From the NCBI GenBank assembly GCA_022508305.1, contig JAFLVM010000001.1, positions 770,341-834,340 on the forward strand: DNA of 64,000 nucleotides, in the 5' to 3' direction. Of this stretch, positions 21,087 through 30,407 are shown piece after piece (the stretch's first letter is position 1; every line of letters begins with the position of its first letter). A model generated the notes under the pieces. The model ran no database searches and was not told the DNA's origin. It worked only from the letters and a program-made list of their open reading frames with translations. A program made the position numbers and the translations under genes. The DNA is from Clostridiales bacterium (lineage in GTDB: Bacteria; Bacillota; Clostridia; Christensenellales; CAG-314).

Positions 21087-21809
21087 ATGTACAAAAATTT
21101 TGTTTTTGATCTTTACGGAACACTCGTAGACATACAGACCAACGAGCACGAAAGCTCCGCTTGGGAAAAGATGTCCGAAACGTTGAGCTTTTACGGACTG
21201 TACTACACGCCGCAAGAGCTGTCCGAGACATATTTTTCCAGCTGCGAATTTCAAATGAGACAGGGCAGAGACTTACACAAAAATCCAGAGGTGGACGTTG
21301 TGGAAGTTTTCCGCCACATCTTTGAAAACAAGGGTAAAAAGGCAGGAAAATCGCTTGCTACACACTTGGCGCAGCAATTCAGAGCGTTTTCCACCGACTA
21401 CATTAGATTGTACGGCGGTGTGTTGGAAACGCTCAACAAGTTGAAAAAGGCAGGCAAAAGACTCTACCTGCTTAGCAACGCGCAATCCTGCTTTGCCAAG
21501 ACGGAGGTTGCAAAACTCGGTTTGCGCAAGTACTTCAAGGGAATCGTCTATTCCTCCGACTACAAGTGCGCGAAACCCGACGTAACACTGTTCAACGCGC
21601 TCCTTGACAAGTACAAGCTGGACAGGAAGGAAACCGTCATGATAGGTAACGACGTAGCAACCGACGTAGAAGGTGCGCGCAATGCAAAGATTGATTGCCT
21701 GTGGCTGAAAACAAACCTCACCAAGGAAAATTCGGCAAAAATCGCACCCAAGTACGTAATTTCCGACGGCAACTTTACGGAAGTAACGAAATTGCTCGCC
21801 AAGAAATAG
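21087..21809 (+). CDS. HAD-superfamily hydrolase
   Basis: Motif I FDLYGTLVD, motif II LLSNA and motif IV GNDVATDVEGARNA. Confidence 0.8.
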   Translation: MYKNFVFDLYGTLVDIQTNEHESSAWEKMSETLSFYGLYYTPQELSETYFSSCEFQMRQGRDLHKNPEVDVVEVFRHIFENKGKKAGKSLATHLAQQFRAFSTDYIRLYGGVLETLNKLKKAGKRLYLLSNAQSCFAKTEVAKLGLRKYFKGIVYSSDYKCAKPDVTLFNALLDKYKLDRKETVMIGNDVATDVEGARNAKIDCLWLKTNLTKENSAKIAPKYVISDGNFTEVTKLLAKK

Positions 21810-21892
21810 AGGCTCTGGCATTCCCCTCAAAAAATGGCTTTGTGGCGAAAACCCTCGCCCTTGACATTGCTGTAGATAGAATTTGTAATATT

Positions 21893-21932
21893 AAAAATGG
21901 CTCTCCACTTTTGCACATTGGTGAGCCTTTTT
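21893..21932. terminator. Bidirectional rho-independent terminator
   Basis: AAAAATGGCTCTCCA-cttttgcacat-TGGTGAGCCTTTTT lies between the convergent HAD (+) and NrdG-like (-) genes. Confidence 0.7.
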
Positions 21933-21936
21933 CATG

Positions 21937-22001
21937 CTTATCGATATTCCGATAAGGTTATTTAATCATTTTTTTATACTACTTGCCCCACTGACGATGT
22001 G
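21937..22001 (-). repeat. Composite intergenic repeat: core (21980-22001) plus palindrome CTTATCGATATTCCGATAAG (21937-21956)
   Basis: Immediately 3' of the stop of the minus-strand gene ending at 22006. Same core-then-palindrome order as the element at 29291-29371. Confidence 0.5.
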
Positions 22002-22005
22002 GCAA

Positions 22006-22698
22006 TCAAATTCCTCTAATGTGTGTATTTTCAACGTACTTTTGCGCAATTCCTTGATATTTTTTGAGCGTTTGTTCGTCGCAACCCGTTACCGTGCTGT
22101 CAATGAGGTCGGAGCTTGCCACAAATTGCTGCAAATACCACCGCTTTGCGCCGCTAAGCCATTTCGCCGTCATTTCAATACTGTGTTCATTGTGAAAAGT
22201 GCCAGTTACTGTCGTGCGGAACTCGTAGTCTACCGCGCCCCTTTTCAAAAACTCTACCGATTGGCATATTGCGTTCATATCTACGACGCAGCCTGCCGTT
22301 TTGTTGTACTCCTCTTGGCTGTTCTTTACGTCCATTGCAATGTAGTCTACAAGCCCAGTTTGTACAATTTCTTTGAGTTTTTCGGGGAAAGCGCCGTTTG
22401 TGTCCAATTTCACTTTGTAGCCCAGTTGCTTGACCTTTGTAATAAATTCCACTATTCCAACCTGCAACAGCGGCTCGCCGCCTGTGATACACACGCCCTC
22501 GAGCATGCTTTTGCGTTTGTTCAAAAACCTCAACACCTCGTCCTCGTCACTTAGCTCCAAATTGCTGAAATTTACCGTCACCAACGAGTTATTGTGGCAA
22601 AAAGGACAGCGAAAATTGCACCCATATGTAAAAATCGTACACGCAACGTGTTCGGGGTAGTCAAGTAAAGTCAGTTTTTGAAGTCCGCCAAATTTCAT
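22006..22698 (-). CDS. Radical SAM activating enzyme, anaerobic ribonucleotide reductase activase-like (NrdG-type)
   Basis: N-terminus LLDYPEHVACTIFTYGCNFRCPFCHN (CxxxCxxC cluster), followed by GVCITGGEPLL. Confidence 0.7.
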   Translation of the reverse strand: MKFGGLQKLTLLDYPEHVACTIFTYGCNFRCPFCHNNSLVTVNFSNLELSDEDEVLRFLNKRKSMLEGVCITGGEPLLQVGIVEFITKVKQLGYKVKLDTNGAFPEKLKEIVQTGLVDYIAMDVKNSQEEYNKTAGCVVDMNAICQSVEFLKRGAVDYEFRTTVTGTFHNEHSIEMTAKWLSGAKRWYLQQFVASSDLIDSTVTGCDEQTLKKYQGIAQKYVENTHIRGI

Positions 22699-22712
22699 TT
22701 GTTCCTTTGTAG

Positions 22713-23630
22713 TTATCTAAGTTTACACAGTTGGTTTGCTATTTCACATGCAAGACGTACGTTGTTGTACACAAGCTGAATGTTAGATTCAAGACTTTGT
22801 CCGCCCGTCAATCTTTGTATCTTGTCGAGCAAGAATGGGGTCACCTGTTTGCCGCCGATTCCAAGCTTGTCTGCCTCAAGCAGCGCCGCCTCGATATTTT
22901 TGTCAATGTACTCCTTGTCCATGGCAAATTCGGCAGGAATGGGATTGACCACAAGCATACCGCCGTGAAGCCCCAACTGCTGCTTTGCATGGTAAGCCTC
23001 GGCAATTTCTTTGGCGCTGTCCAAACGGTAATCCACCTTAAAACCGCTACATGGGGTGTAAAAAGCGGGCATTTCGTCCGTTTTGTAGCCTATTACAGGT
23101 ACTCCGCGCGTTTCCAAACACTCGAGCGTCAAGCCGATGTCCAGTATTGACTTTGCGCCCGCGCACACCACCACCACGTCCGTCTGTTGCAGCTCGTCAA
23201 GGTCGGCGGAAATGTCCATGGTTGTTTCGGATTTGCGGTGAGCGCCACCTATACCGCCCGTTGCAAACACGCTTACGCCCGCAAGATTGCACGCATACAT
23301 AGTGCCAGCCACGGTAGTTGCTCCAAGCTGTTTTTTGGCAACGACAACAGGCAAATCACGCCGCGAAACCTTAGTAACGCTTGTGCCTCGCTTACCCAGT
23401 AATTCTATTTCTTCCTGCAAGCAACCGACAGTCAACACGCCGTCAATGACTGCAACGGTAGCAGGCACGCAACCTAAGTCGCGGACAATTTTCTCTACCG
23501 TTAGCGCCGTTTGGACGTTTTGCGGATAGGGCATGCCGTGAGAAATAATGGTTGATTCCAAAGCCACCACGGGGCGGTTGTTGTTTAGCGCACGTTGTAC
23601 TTCATTGGAAATTTTCAAATACTTATTCAT
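22713..23630 (-). CDS. psuG: Pseudouridine-5'-phosphate glycosidase
   Basis: 305 aa. Contains VVALESTIISHGMPYPQN and the overall IndA/PsuG pattern (VFATGGIGGAHR). Confidence 0.88.
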   Translation of the reverse strand: MNKYLKISNEVQRALNNNRPVVALESTIISHGMPYPQNVQTALTVEKIVRDLGCVPATVAVIDGVLTVGCLQEEIELLGKRGTSVTKVSRRDLPVVVAKKQLGATTVAGTMYACNLAGVSVFATGGIGGAHRKSETTMDISADLDELQQTDVVVVCAGAKSILDIGLTLECLETRGVPVIGYKTDEMPAFYTPCSGFKVDYRLDSAKEIAEAYHAKQQLGLHGGMLVVNPIPAEFAMDKEYIDKNIEAALLEADKLGIGGKQVTPFLLDKIQRLTGGQSLESNIQLVYNNVRLACEIANQLCKLR

Positions 23631-23724
23631 AATCTTATTATCTCACCTATTTACTTGATTTGTCAACATCAATATTCTTGGTTGTTACTATTTGACACTT
23701 CGGCAACGAATAGTTCAAAGTTTG

Positions 23725-23753
23725 TTTACAAATATTTGAGTTTGCCGTATAAT
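23725..23753 (+). promoter_or_regulatory. Sigma-A-type promoter for pyk
   Basis: TTTACA (23725-23730), 17-nt spacer, TATAAT (23748-23753), 60 nt upstream of the ATG at 23814. Confidence 0.55.
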
Positions 23754-23813
23754 GATTACAAGGTAAAATATTTTATTCTACAAAATTTACGCATATTTAT
23801 CTCGGAGATATCT

Positions 23814-25235
23814 ATGAGAAAAACGAAAATCATTTGCACTCTTGGACCTGCCAGTTCCACCTACGACCAGATAAAGAAAATGGCTCTTGCCGGCATGAAC
23901 GTTGCGCGCATCAACATGAGTCACGGCTTGTACGAGGAACATCAGGCAAAAATAGACACCGTCAAAAAGGTACGTCGCAGCCTTGGCTTGCCCATACCCA
24001 TCATGATTGACACCAAGGGTCCTGAAATCCGTATTGGCACGTTCGAAAACGGTCAAATCGAAGTACACGAAGGAATGCCATTCAAATTCGTCAACACGGA
24101 AATTGTGGGCGACGAGACGCAGGTGTCCATCACCTACAAAGAACTGTACAAGGACATTACCGTTGGCTGCTCCATTTTGCTCAACGACGGATTGCTTGTG
24201 TTCAAAGTTACGGAAATCAACGGCGAAACCATTTGCACCGTTGCCGAGAACAGCGGCACACTGTCTAATCGCAAGGGTTTGTTCGTACCCAACGTCAAGA
24301 TTAACATGCCCTTCCTTTCAGAACAGGACAAGCGCGATCTTGACTTCGGCATCAAAAACAACGCCGAGCTGTACGCGGCAAGCTTCGTTCAGGACGCGGC
24401 AAGCGTAAAGGAAATTCGCAGCTACCTGCTTGAGCACGGCGCTGTAAATCCATGTATAATTTCCAAAATCGAAAGTCAAAGCGGCGTAAACAACATCGAC
24501 GAAATCATCGACGCGTCAGACGGCGTGATGGTTGCGCGCGGCGATCTCGGTGTGGAACTCCCCTACGAAAAGCTGCCCGCAATACAAAAAATGCTCATTA
24601 CGCGTAGCAGAATGAGAGGCAAATTCGTCATTACCGCCACCGAAATGCTGGAGAGCATGGTAACTAAACTGCGCCCCACCCGCGCTGAAATCGTGGACGT
24701 TGCCAACGCCGTTTACGACGGAAGCAGCTGCGTCATGCTGTCGGCGGAAAGCGCGGTAGGCGTCAACCCGCCCAACACCATCGCTACCATGGCGCGCATT
24801 GCCGAGGAAGCGGAGCGCAACATTGACTACAAACAAATGTACCGTTCTTCGCCATTCAACCTCATGAACAACACCGACGCTATCTCTCACGCGGCGGTAA
24901 ACACAGCGTTCGACATCAACGCCAAAGCGATAGTCGTGTACACAGCAAGCGGATTCTCGGCGCGCATGGTTAGCCGTTTCCGCCCCGATGCCGTAATCAT
25001 TGCAATGACCAACAATGACAGGGTGTACCATCAACTGTCCACGAGTTGGGGCGTGATACCCACAATCTGCCAAACCTTTGACAACACCGACGACATGTTC
25101 ATCAACGCCGAAGAGACCGTCAGACGCCTTGGTATTGCAGGCGAAGGCGACAACATCGTAATAACCGCAGGCGTTCCCCTTGGCAAAAGCTCGGAAACCA
25201 ACCTGATTAAGGTTAGCAAAATAGCAGAGGGCTAA
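23814..25235 (+). CDS. pyk: Pyruvate kinase
   Basis: MRKTKIICTLGPAS, MNVARINMSHG, IDTKGPEIR and MVARGDLGVE motifs. Start at 23814 (GGAG SD) rather than the track start at 23595. Confidence 0.95.
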   Translation: MRKTKIICTLGPASSTYDQIKKMALAGMNVARINMSHGLYEEHQAKIDTVKKVRRSLGLPIPIMIDTKGPEIRIGTFENGQIEVHEGMPFKFVNTEIVGDETQVSITYKELYKDITVGCSILLNDGLLVFKVTEINGETICTVAENSGTLSNRKGLFVPNVKINMPFLSEQDKRDLDFGIKNNAELYAASFVQDAASVKEIRSYLLEHGAVNPCIISKIESQSGVNNIDEIIDASDGVMVARGDLGVELPYEKLPAIQKMLITRSRMRGKFVITATEMLESMVTKLRPTRAEIVDVANAVYDGSSCVMLSAESAVGVNPPNTIATMARIAEEAERNIDYKQMYRSSPFNLMNNTDAISHAAVNTAFDINAKAIVVYTASGFSARMVSRFRPDAVIIAMTNNDRVYHQLSTSWGVIPTICQTFDNTDDMFINAEETVRRLGIAGEGDNIVITAGVPLGKSSETNLIKVSKIAEG

Positions 25236-25273
25236 AACTCTGACCGCTTCACATCTGATTTTTTGTTAAAATT

Positions 25274-25316
25274 AAAAAACTTCCCGTCATTATTGATAGG
25301 AAGTTTTTGTTTTTTC
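25274..25316. terminator. Bidirectional rho-independent terminator
   Basis: AAAAAACTTCC-cgtcattattgata-GGAAGTTTTTGTTTTTT lies between convergent genes ending at 25235 (+) and 25337 (-). Confidence 0.7.
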
Positions 25317-25336
25317 TACGACTCTTGTCACACACC

Positions 25337-25693
25337 CTAATTGAAATACACGCAAAATACTGTCACCATCACGTCTATCAACCCGATGATTAGTCCCGCG
25401 ATTGCCAGTCCTTTGCGGAGGTGTTTCTTCACCCCATATACAATTCCCAACACGCCGAACACAATGCAAACGCCGAACCAAATAAAATAGTACAAGGCGT
25501 AATCCTTGAACAGTACGGACAAAATGGCAGGAATAAATCCCAAAATGGCAATCAAAAAAGAAACGATAGCGTAATTGTTTTTGGGCGGTTTTGCAGGTTT
25601 TGTCGGCGCGGACTCCTCTATCGCGTTACCGCATTTGCTGCACACCTTCGCATCTTCGTCAATTGGATTTCCACAATATTTACAATATCGCAT
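25337..25693 (-). CDS. Zinc-ribbon + DUF4190-like membrane protein (paralogue 1 of 3)
   Basis: MRYCKYCGNPIDEDAKVCSKCGN (CxxC...CxxC), then a linker and two TM helices. Confidence 0.7.
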   Translation of the reverse strand: MRYCKYCGNPIDEDAKVCSKCGNAIEESAPTKPAKPPKNNYAIVSFLIAILGFIPAILSVLFKDYALYYFIWFGVCIVFGVLGIVYGVKKHLRKGLAIAGLIIGLIDVMVTVFCVYFN

Positions 25694-25732
25694 GGTTTAC
25701 CTCCTGTTGGCAAATCGCCGTTTTTACAATTT

Positions 25733-26113
25733 TTATATTTTCTTTATCTTTTCCAAAATGTCCTCGTCCGCGGGGCAAAACTCAAAGCCGTCTATTTCGG
25801 CAGGCGTAATCCAACTCATATCGTTGTGTTCCAGCATCTGCGGTTCACCGTCCACTATTTCCGCATTGAACAGGGTCAAGTTTACCGTAACGTCGGGGTA
25901 GGTGTGAGTTACTTCACAAAAAACGTCATTCACATTGACCGTAATCGCCAGCTCCTCTTGGCATTCCCGAACAAGCGCCTGCTCTTTAGTTTCGCCCTGT
26001 TCCACCTTGCCGCCTACGAATTCCCACAACAACGCCCTCTTTTTGTTGGCGGGGCGTTGACATATCAAAAATTTACCGTTGCGCCAAATTAGCGCCGCAA
26101 CTACTGTTATCAT
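25733..26113 (-). CDS. NUDIX hydrolase (MutT-like)
   Basis: Nudix box GGKVEQGETKEQALVRECQEELAI. 126 aa. Confidence 0.85.
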   Translation of the reverse strand: MITVVAALIWRNGKFLICQRPANKKRALLWEFVGGKVEQGETKEQALVRECQEELAITVNVNDVFCEVTHTYPDVTVNLTLFNAEIVDGEPQMLEHNDMSWITPAEIDGFEFCPADEDILEKIKKI

Positions 26114-26315
26114 GTTTGCTCCTGTAAAATTGATTTTTTTCTACCCCATTATAACACTAATCGCTGGAAATGTAAACGAATATTTGTTTGGGCGAGGTTT
26201 ATGCAGAGACATCATAACTGCAAAAAAAGGTTCCCCTTTACACAGGGAAGCCTCTTTGCTTATCGGTATTCAGTAAAAAGCAATAAAAAACTTATTGTTA
26301 CTTGCCGACGAGTTG

Positions 26316-26675
26316 TTACAGAATAGCCAACGCCGTGGTCATGCCGTTCAACAACTCTCTGTACATTTCCATAATCATGGGTCCTGCAACAATAAAGATG
26401 ATGATTTCTACCACAATGTATATGATACTAATCACTAAGCCTGCAACTGCCAAACCTGTCTTGTTGCCGTTTCTCTTGCCTACAGCCAAACCGATGATAG
26501 AGAAAATCAGCGCAAGCGGTTGAACGCTTAACAAGCTGAGAATAAAGCCCGCAATGCCCAAACCGTGATGACCTTTTTCTTGCTGTACGTTCGAACCACC
26601 TAAAGAGTGACCGCATCTACTGCATACGTTAGCATCGTTAGAAAGCTCTGCGCCACAATATTTGCAATATTTCAT
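26316..26675 (-). CDS. Zinc-ribbon + DUF4190-like membrane protein (paralogue 2 of 3)
   Basis: MKYCKYCGAELSNDANVCSRCGH followed by two TM helices. SD AAGGAGG. Confidence 0.7.
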   Translation of the reverse strand: MKYCKYCGAELSNDANVCSRCGHSLGGSNVQQEKGHHGLGIAGFILSLLSVQPLALIFSIIGLAVGKRNGNKTGLAVAGLVISIIYIVVEIIIFIVAGPMIMEMYRELLNGMTTALAIL

Positions 26676-26851
26676 TATGATTACCTCCTTATTTATTTTA
26701 AGGTTATTTTAAGGTATTTGTAACGTGTTTGTCAACTTAATTTACCATTATTTTGTGTTCCTTCTCTATTTTTATTCGCAACTCGGAATCGGAAGTCGTA
26801 GGTTGCAGCAGTTAATAAAGCGACAGATTGTTTCTCATATAAATCTTGAGT

Positions 26852-26890
26852 AAAAAAATTGACCTATTACGTATTTGCAATAGGTCAATT
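26852..26890 (-). terminator. Rho-independent terminator
   Basis: TTGACCTATT ... AATAGGTCAA stem. On the minus strand it is followed by TTTTTTTAC. Lies downstream of the CDS ending at 26912. Confidence 0.7.
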
Positions 26891-26911
26891 TAATATTTGT
26901 CAGTTTAATAC

Positions 26912-27298
26912 TTAGATTACAGAGTATAGGAAAGAGACAACTGAAATAACTGTAATCAACGCAACCGCGCTCAAAATAAGTCCGGCAATGCCAAGACCAA
27001 TGCTTTGTTGCTTTTTCTTACCTACGATGATACCGACCAGTGACAAAACGAAAGCAAGACACGGAAGAGCCAGTGTGTACCAACCCAAGAAGATACACAA
27101 CCAGCTGCAGATTACCAAGCTTATCAAACCGATTACGAAACCTGCAACGCCGCAACCGTTCTTTTTCTGTTCGGGTTTTTCAACTTGTTGAACAATAATC
27201 GTTTGAGCGGGTTGTTGCTCATCAAGTTTTTTGCCGCAGCTTGAACATACAACAGCGTCGTCATCAAGTTGCGCACCGCAATACTTACAATATTTCAT
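26912..27298 (-). CDS. Zinc-ribbon + DUF4190-like membrane protein (paralogue 3 of 3)
   Basis: MKYCKYCGAQLDDDAVVCSSCGK followed by TM helices. SD AGGAGGA. Confidence 0.7.
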   Translation of the reverse strand: MKYCKYCGAQLDDDAVVCSSCGKKLDEQQPAQTIIVQQVEKPEQKKNGCGVAGFVIGLISLVICSWLCIFLGWYTLALPCLAFVLSLVGIIVGKKKQQSIGLGIAGLILSAVALITVISVVSFLYSVI

Positions 27299-27534
27299 AA
27301 TTTTTCCTCCTAATTTTATTTAAGATTATTTTAAACAAAATACAAGACGGTGTCAACGTTTTATTCGGGATTTCCATTCAAATTTGTCGAGTTTAACGCT
27401 TTTTTAACGCTTTTTTTGCACATTTACCTTGGAACAATACCATGTTAGTGTAATTGTATGCAACAGAACATTCTTTGGACACAAAAACGCCGAGAAAATA
27501 CCCGGCGTTGTAATTTTGTTTGTTAAGTTTTATA

Positions 27535-28152
27535 TTATTTTGCGTTTTTACCCCGTTTTACAAAATACGCAAGTATAAACCACAGTATGACGAGCAGCTG
27601 CAATGCCGCGCCGACAAGGTAAATCATCCAAGCGTTGTCCAGCGTGACTATGTTGAGCACCAAGTGAATGAGCAAACACAGCGTCCAAATAAGCGCCGAC
27701 ACGACGACGCACCTTTGCCAAAGTCTACCCCATATGCAGCTAAACACCAAAACGACGATGAGAGATATTGGTATAGCGGCAACATAAGTATACTTGACTA
27801 CCGGCAAGCTTGTGCTCGGATCAATGATTAACCAGAGCACCACAATGATTGTCGCAATCAGGAAAACCAATCCCGCCGATAGCAACGTAATCAACCACCT
27901 CTTTGCCCAAAAGTCCTTGAATTTCAACTTCTTGGGCTTTTCGGTGTGGTCGGTCAAAAAATCGTTTACGGTAATTCCGTAAAGGTCGGCAAGCTCCTTC
28001 AATACCACAACGTCGGGAATACCCTCGGCGCGCTCCCATTTGCTAACCGTCTTATCTGAATAGTTGATTTTCTCTGCAAGCTCCTGCTGAGTAAAGTGCG
28101 CCTGCTTGCGATAGCTAATCAAATTGTTGGCGATTATATCTTTTAACTCCAT
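27535..28152 (-). CDS. XRE-family HTH regulator fused to a four-TM membrane domain
   Basis: N-terminus LISYRKQAHFTQQELAEKINYSDKTVSKWERAEGIPDV (Cro/C1 HTH). The C-terminal half is strongly hydrophobic. Confidence 0.8.
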   Translation of the reverse strand: MELKDIIANNLISYRKQAHFTQQELAEKINYSDKTVSKWERAEGIPDVVVLKELADLYGITVNDFLTDHTEKPKKLKFKDFWAKRWLITLLSAGLVFLIATIIVVLWLIIDPSTSLPVVKYTYVAAIPISLIVVLVFSCIWGRLWQRCVVVSALIWTLCLLIHLVLNIVTLDNAWMIYLVGAALQLLVILWFILAYFVKRGKNAK

Positions 28153-28213
28153 GTTTGCATTATAACACTATTCACGGGGTTTGACAACTCTTTGAAAAGC
28201 GCGGATTTTGTCG

Positions 28214-28293
28214 CTCTACTGTGAGTAGAATCGTCATTTTTCGACTCTACTGCTTTAAAACACAGTGTAGATTTGCAAAAGTCAACTGTAGAG
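28214..28293. promoter_or_regulatory. Cluster of CTCTACTG/CAGTRTAGAG repeats (candidate operator) in a divergent promoter region
   Basis: CTCTACTGTGAGTAGA (28214-28229), CTCTACTG (28245-28252), CAGTGTAGA (28263-28271) and CTGTAGAG (28286-28293) lie between the XRE-TM regulator (-) and degV (+). Confidence 0.45.
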
Positions 28294-28419
28294 AAACTTT
28301 GAAAATAATTGAGATATAATGTAAGTATGTTAACGGGTTGAACACTTCATGGCAAAGTCAAGTCATGCGTTCATCGGTTACAATTCATTTTTGAAATAAA
28401 GTTATAAAGGAGAATAACA

Positions 28420-29289
28420 ATGTACACGCTTAGTTGCGAGTCAACGGTAGATCTCAATTTACCTCATCTTGTTAAACGTAACGTGCCCGCCATCGCCTAC
28501 ACCTACATAGTGGACGGCGTTGAATATACGGACGACATGCGCGCGGGCAACGGATTGGCGATTTTTTACAACCAACTGACCGCAGGAAAGAAACCCACGA
28601 CTTCGCTAATCAACTTGGAAAGATATTTGGAATTTTTCCGCTCACTGCTTCAAAAGGGCGATTTGTTGCACGTTGCATTCGGTTCGGGGCTGTCACAGTC
28701 GGCGTCAAATGCGCTCGCGGCGGCAGAACAGCTCAAATCGGAATTTCCCAACCGTAAAATTTACGTTGTGGACTCCCTTTGCGCATGCGTCGGTTACGGA
28801 TTGTTTGTGGATAGCATTGCCGATTTACGCGACGAGGGCGCAAGCATAGACAAGGCTTACGAATGGGCTATGGAAAACCGCCACAACGTGCAACACCAAT
28901 TTTTCTCCACTACGTTGACATATTTTAGACGTAGCGGACGAATTTCCGGACCTGCCGCGGTAATTGGCAATTTGCTGAAGCTTTGCCCCATAATGCACCT
29001 GAACGGTGACGGAAAAATCATTGCCTACGCAAAGGTCATGAGCGAAACCAAGGCGATTACGAAAACGCTGGAGGAAATTGCAAGCAAAATCAAAGACGGC
29101 GCAGAATACACGGGCAAACTGTGGATTGGACACTCCGACTACATCAACTGCGCGACAAAAATCGTTGCAGAACTCAAAAAATCCTACCCCAAGTCAGATA
29201 TTCGCGTGTTTGACATAGGTCCTGTCGTCGCGTCACACTGCGGACCGGGAACACTGGCGACCTTCTTTGTAGGCGCTCGCAGGTCGTAA
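28420..29289 (+). CDS. DegV family fatty-acid-binding protein
   Basis: 289 aa with the overall DegV pattern (SCESTVDL..., PTTSLINLERY, YVVDSLCACVGYG). SD AAAGGAG. Confidence 0.85.
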   Translation: MYTLSCESTVDLNLPHLVKRNVPAIAYTYIVDGVEYTDDMRAGNGLAIFYNQLTAGKKPTTSLINLERYLEFFRSLLQKGDLLHVAFGSGLSQSASNALAAAEQLKSEFPNRKIYVVDSLCACVGYGLFVDSIADLRDEGASIDKAYEWAMENRHNVQHQFFSTTLTYFRRSGRISGPAAVIGNLLKLCPIMHLNGDGKIIAYAKVMSETKAITKTLEEIASKIKDGAEYTGKLWIGHSDYINCATKIVAELKKSYPKSDIRVFDIGPVVASHCGPGTLATFFVGARRS

Positions 29290-29290
29290 T

Positions 29291-29371
29291 CGGTGAGGCA
29301 AGTAAAGAAAAATAAGTAAGCTAAATATTACAATATTCGATTTTTAATTAACCATATCGATATTCCGATAA
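29291..29371 (+). repeat. Composite intergenic repeat: partial core CGGTGAGGCAAGTA (29291-29304) plus palindrome TATCGATATTCCGATAA (29355-29371)
   Basis: Begins 2 nt after the degV stop. Shares 16 nt (ATCGATATTCCGATAA) with 21937-21956 and shares the core with four other sites. Confidence 0.5.
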
Positions 29372-29394
29372 ACAAAATAAAAAATAACAAATAT

Positions 29395-29426
29395 AAAAAC
29401 CTTGGAGCAATTCCGAGGTTTTTTTA
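29395..29426 (+). terminator. Rho-independent terminator of degV
   Basis: AACCTTGGA-gcaa-TTCCGAGGTT (9-bp stem including one G-U pair) followed by TTTTTTT. Confidence 0.8.
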
Positions 29427-29506
29427 GTATGTATAGGCAAACTTCCTTAATAGTCAATTTACTTCGTGGCGTCAATATTATGTGGCGACGAAGTAGCATA
29501 TCAATC

Positions 29507-30244
29507 TTATTTACGAACACCAGTATTTAGTAAAAAGTAAAAGTCGTACAGCTGCTCGCCGCAAGCAATTTCTGAATGCATTTTGTTGCGAGTGGACTGC
29601 ATGTCGTAGGGCGCGTACACTCTACGGTAGCTCCACTGCTCGTCGTCGTACTCTATGACGATTGCCCGCGCGTAGGGGTCGGGATGACAGCCGACGCTAC
29701 CAACGTCCACGTACAGTCGCTCACCCACAACGTCGCATGGCTCGTGCTTGTGTCCGAAAAACACCGCGTCGCAGTCTAATCCCGCAAACATCTCGTCAAA
29801 CGCCTCGGCTGTTGGCGGATTGGCTATCGGCATAAATGGAAACACGTCAATACTAAACGGTTCCTGCTTGAACGCGTAGTGACAAAACAACAGCTTGCTT
29901 TTGCCACAGTTTCGGACGGTATAAAGCGGAAAGTTTCTCACTTTTTGCCTATGATTTTCGGTAAGGGTTGCAAAAACCTGCTGTTTGTGCTCCGTTGGAA
30001 CGTGCGACAAATTACGTACATGGGGTTGATTTACTGCAAAATCTCTGTCGTGATTGCCTATGAGACACACTACGTCTTTCCTGCTAAGTAGAACGTCCAA
30101 ACACTCGCGGGAATTCGGACCTATGTCAACGACGTCGCCAGTGTGTATAATTTCCTCGCAGCCTTCACTGTCCAACAAGTCCAAAACCGCATTGAGCGCG
30201 GGCAGATTGCCGTGAATATCGCTGATTACGCCTATCTTTTTCAT
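29507..30244 (-). CDS. Metallophosphoesterase (YfcE/MJ0936-like)
   Basis: MKKIGVISDIHGN, HTGDVVD, GNHD and GHKH motifs. Start at 30244 instead of the track start at 30316. Confidence 0.85.
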   Translation of the reverse strand: MKKIGVISDIHGNLPALNAVLDLLDSEGCEEIIHTGDVVDIGPNSRECLDVLLSRKDVVCLIGNHDRDFAVNQPHVRNLSHVPTEHKQQVFATLTENHRQKVRNFPLYTVRNCGKSKLLFCHYAFKQEPFSIDVFPFMPIANPPTAEAFDEMFAGLDCDAVFFGHKHEPCDVVGERLYVDVGSVGCHPDPYARAIVIEYDDEQWSYRRVYAPYDMQSTRNKMHSEIACGEQLYDFYFLLNTGVRK

Positions 30245-30407
30245 AAAAAATATTATAATTGGAAATTTAATAAAAATCAACCGTACTATTGGAATTAACG
30301 CGAATATGTGGTACAATACTTTTTAGCGCAGAATTTTGTATACACAAAGTTATAAGTAAATTTTGCGAATTATTACTCAAATTTCACGTATCAAGGCAGG
30401 GAAAAGT

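Noticed and set aside
19857-22698. NrdG-type activase and TSCPD-domain protein without an nrdD gene in the window
   Set aside because: The reductase may simply be encoded elsewhere. Nothing in the sequence suggests an unusual function.
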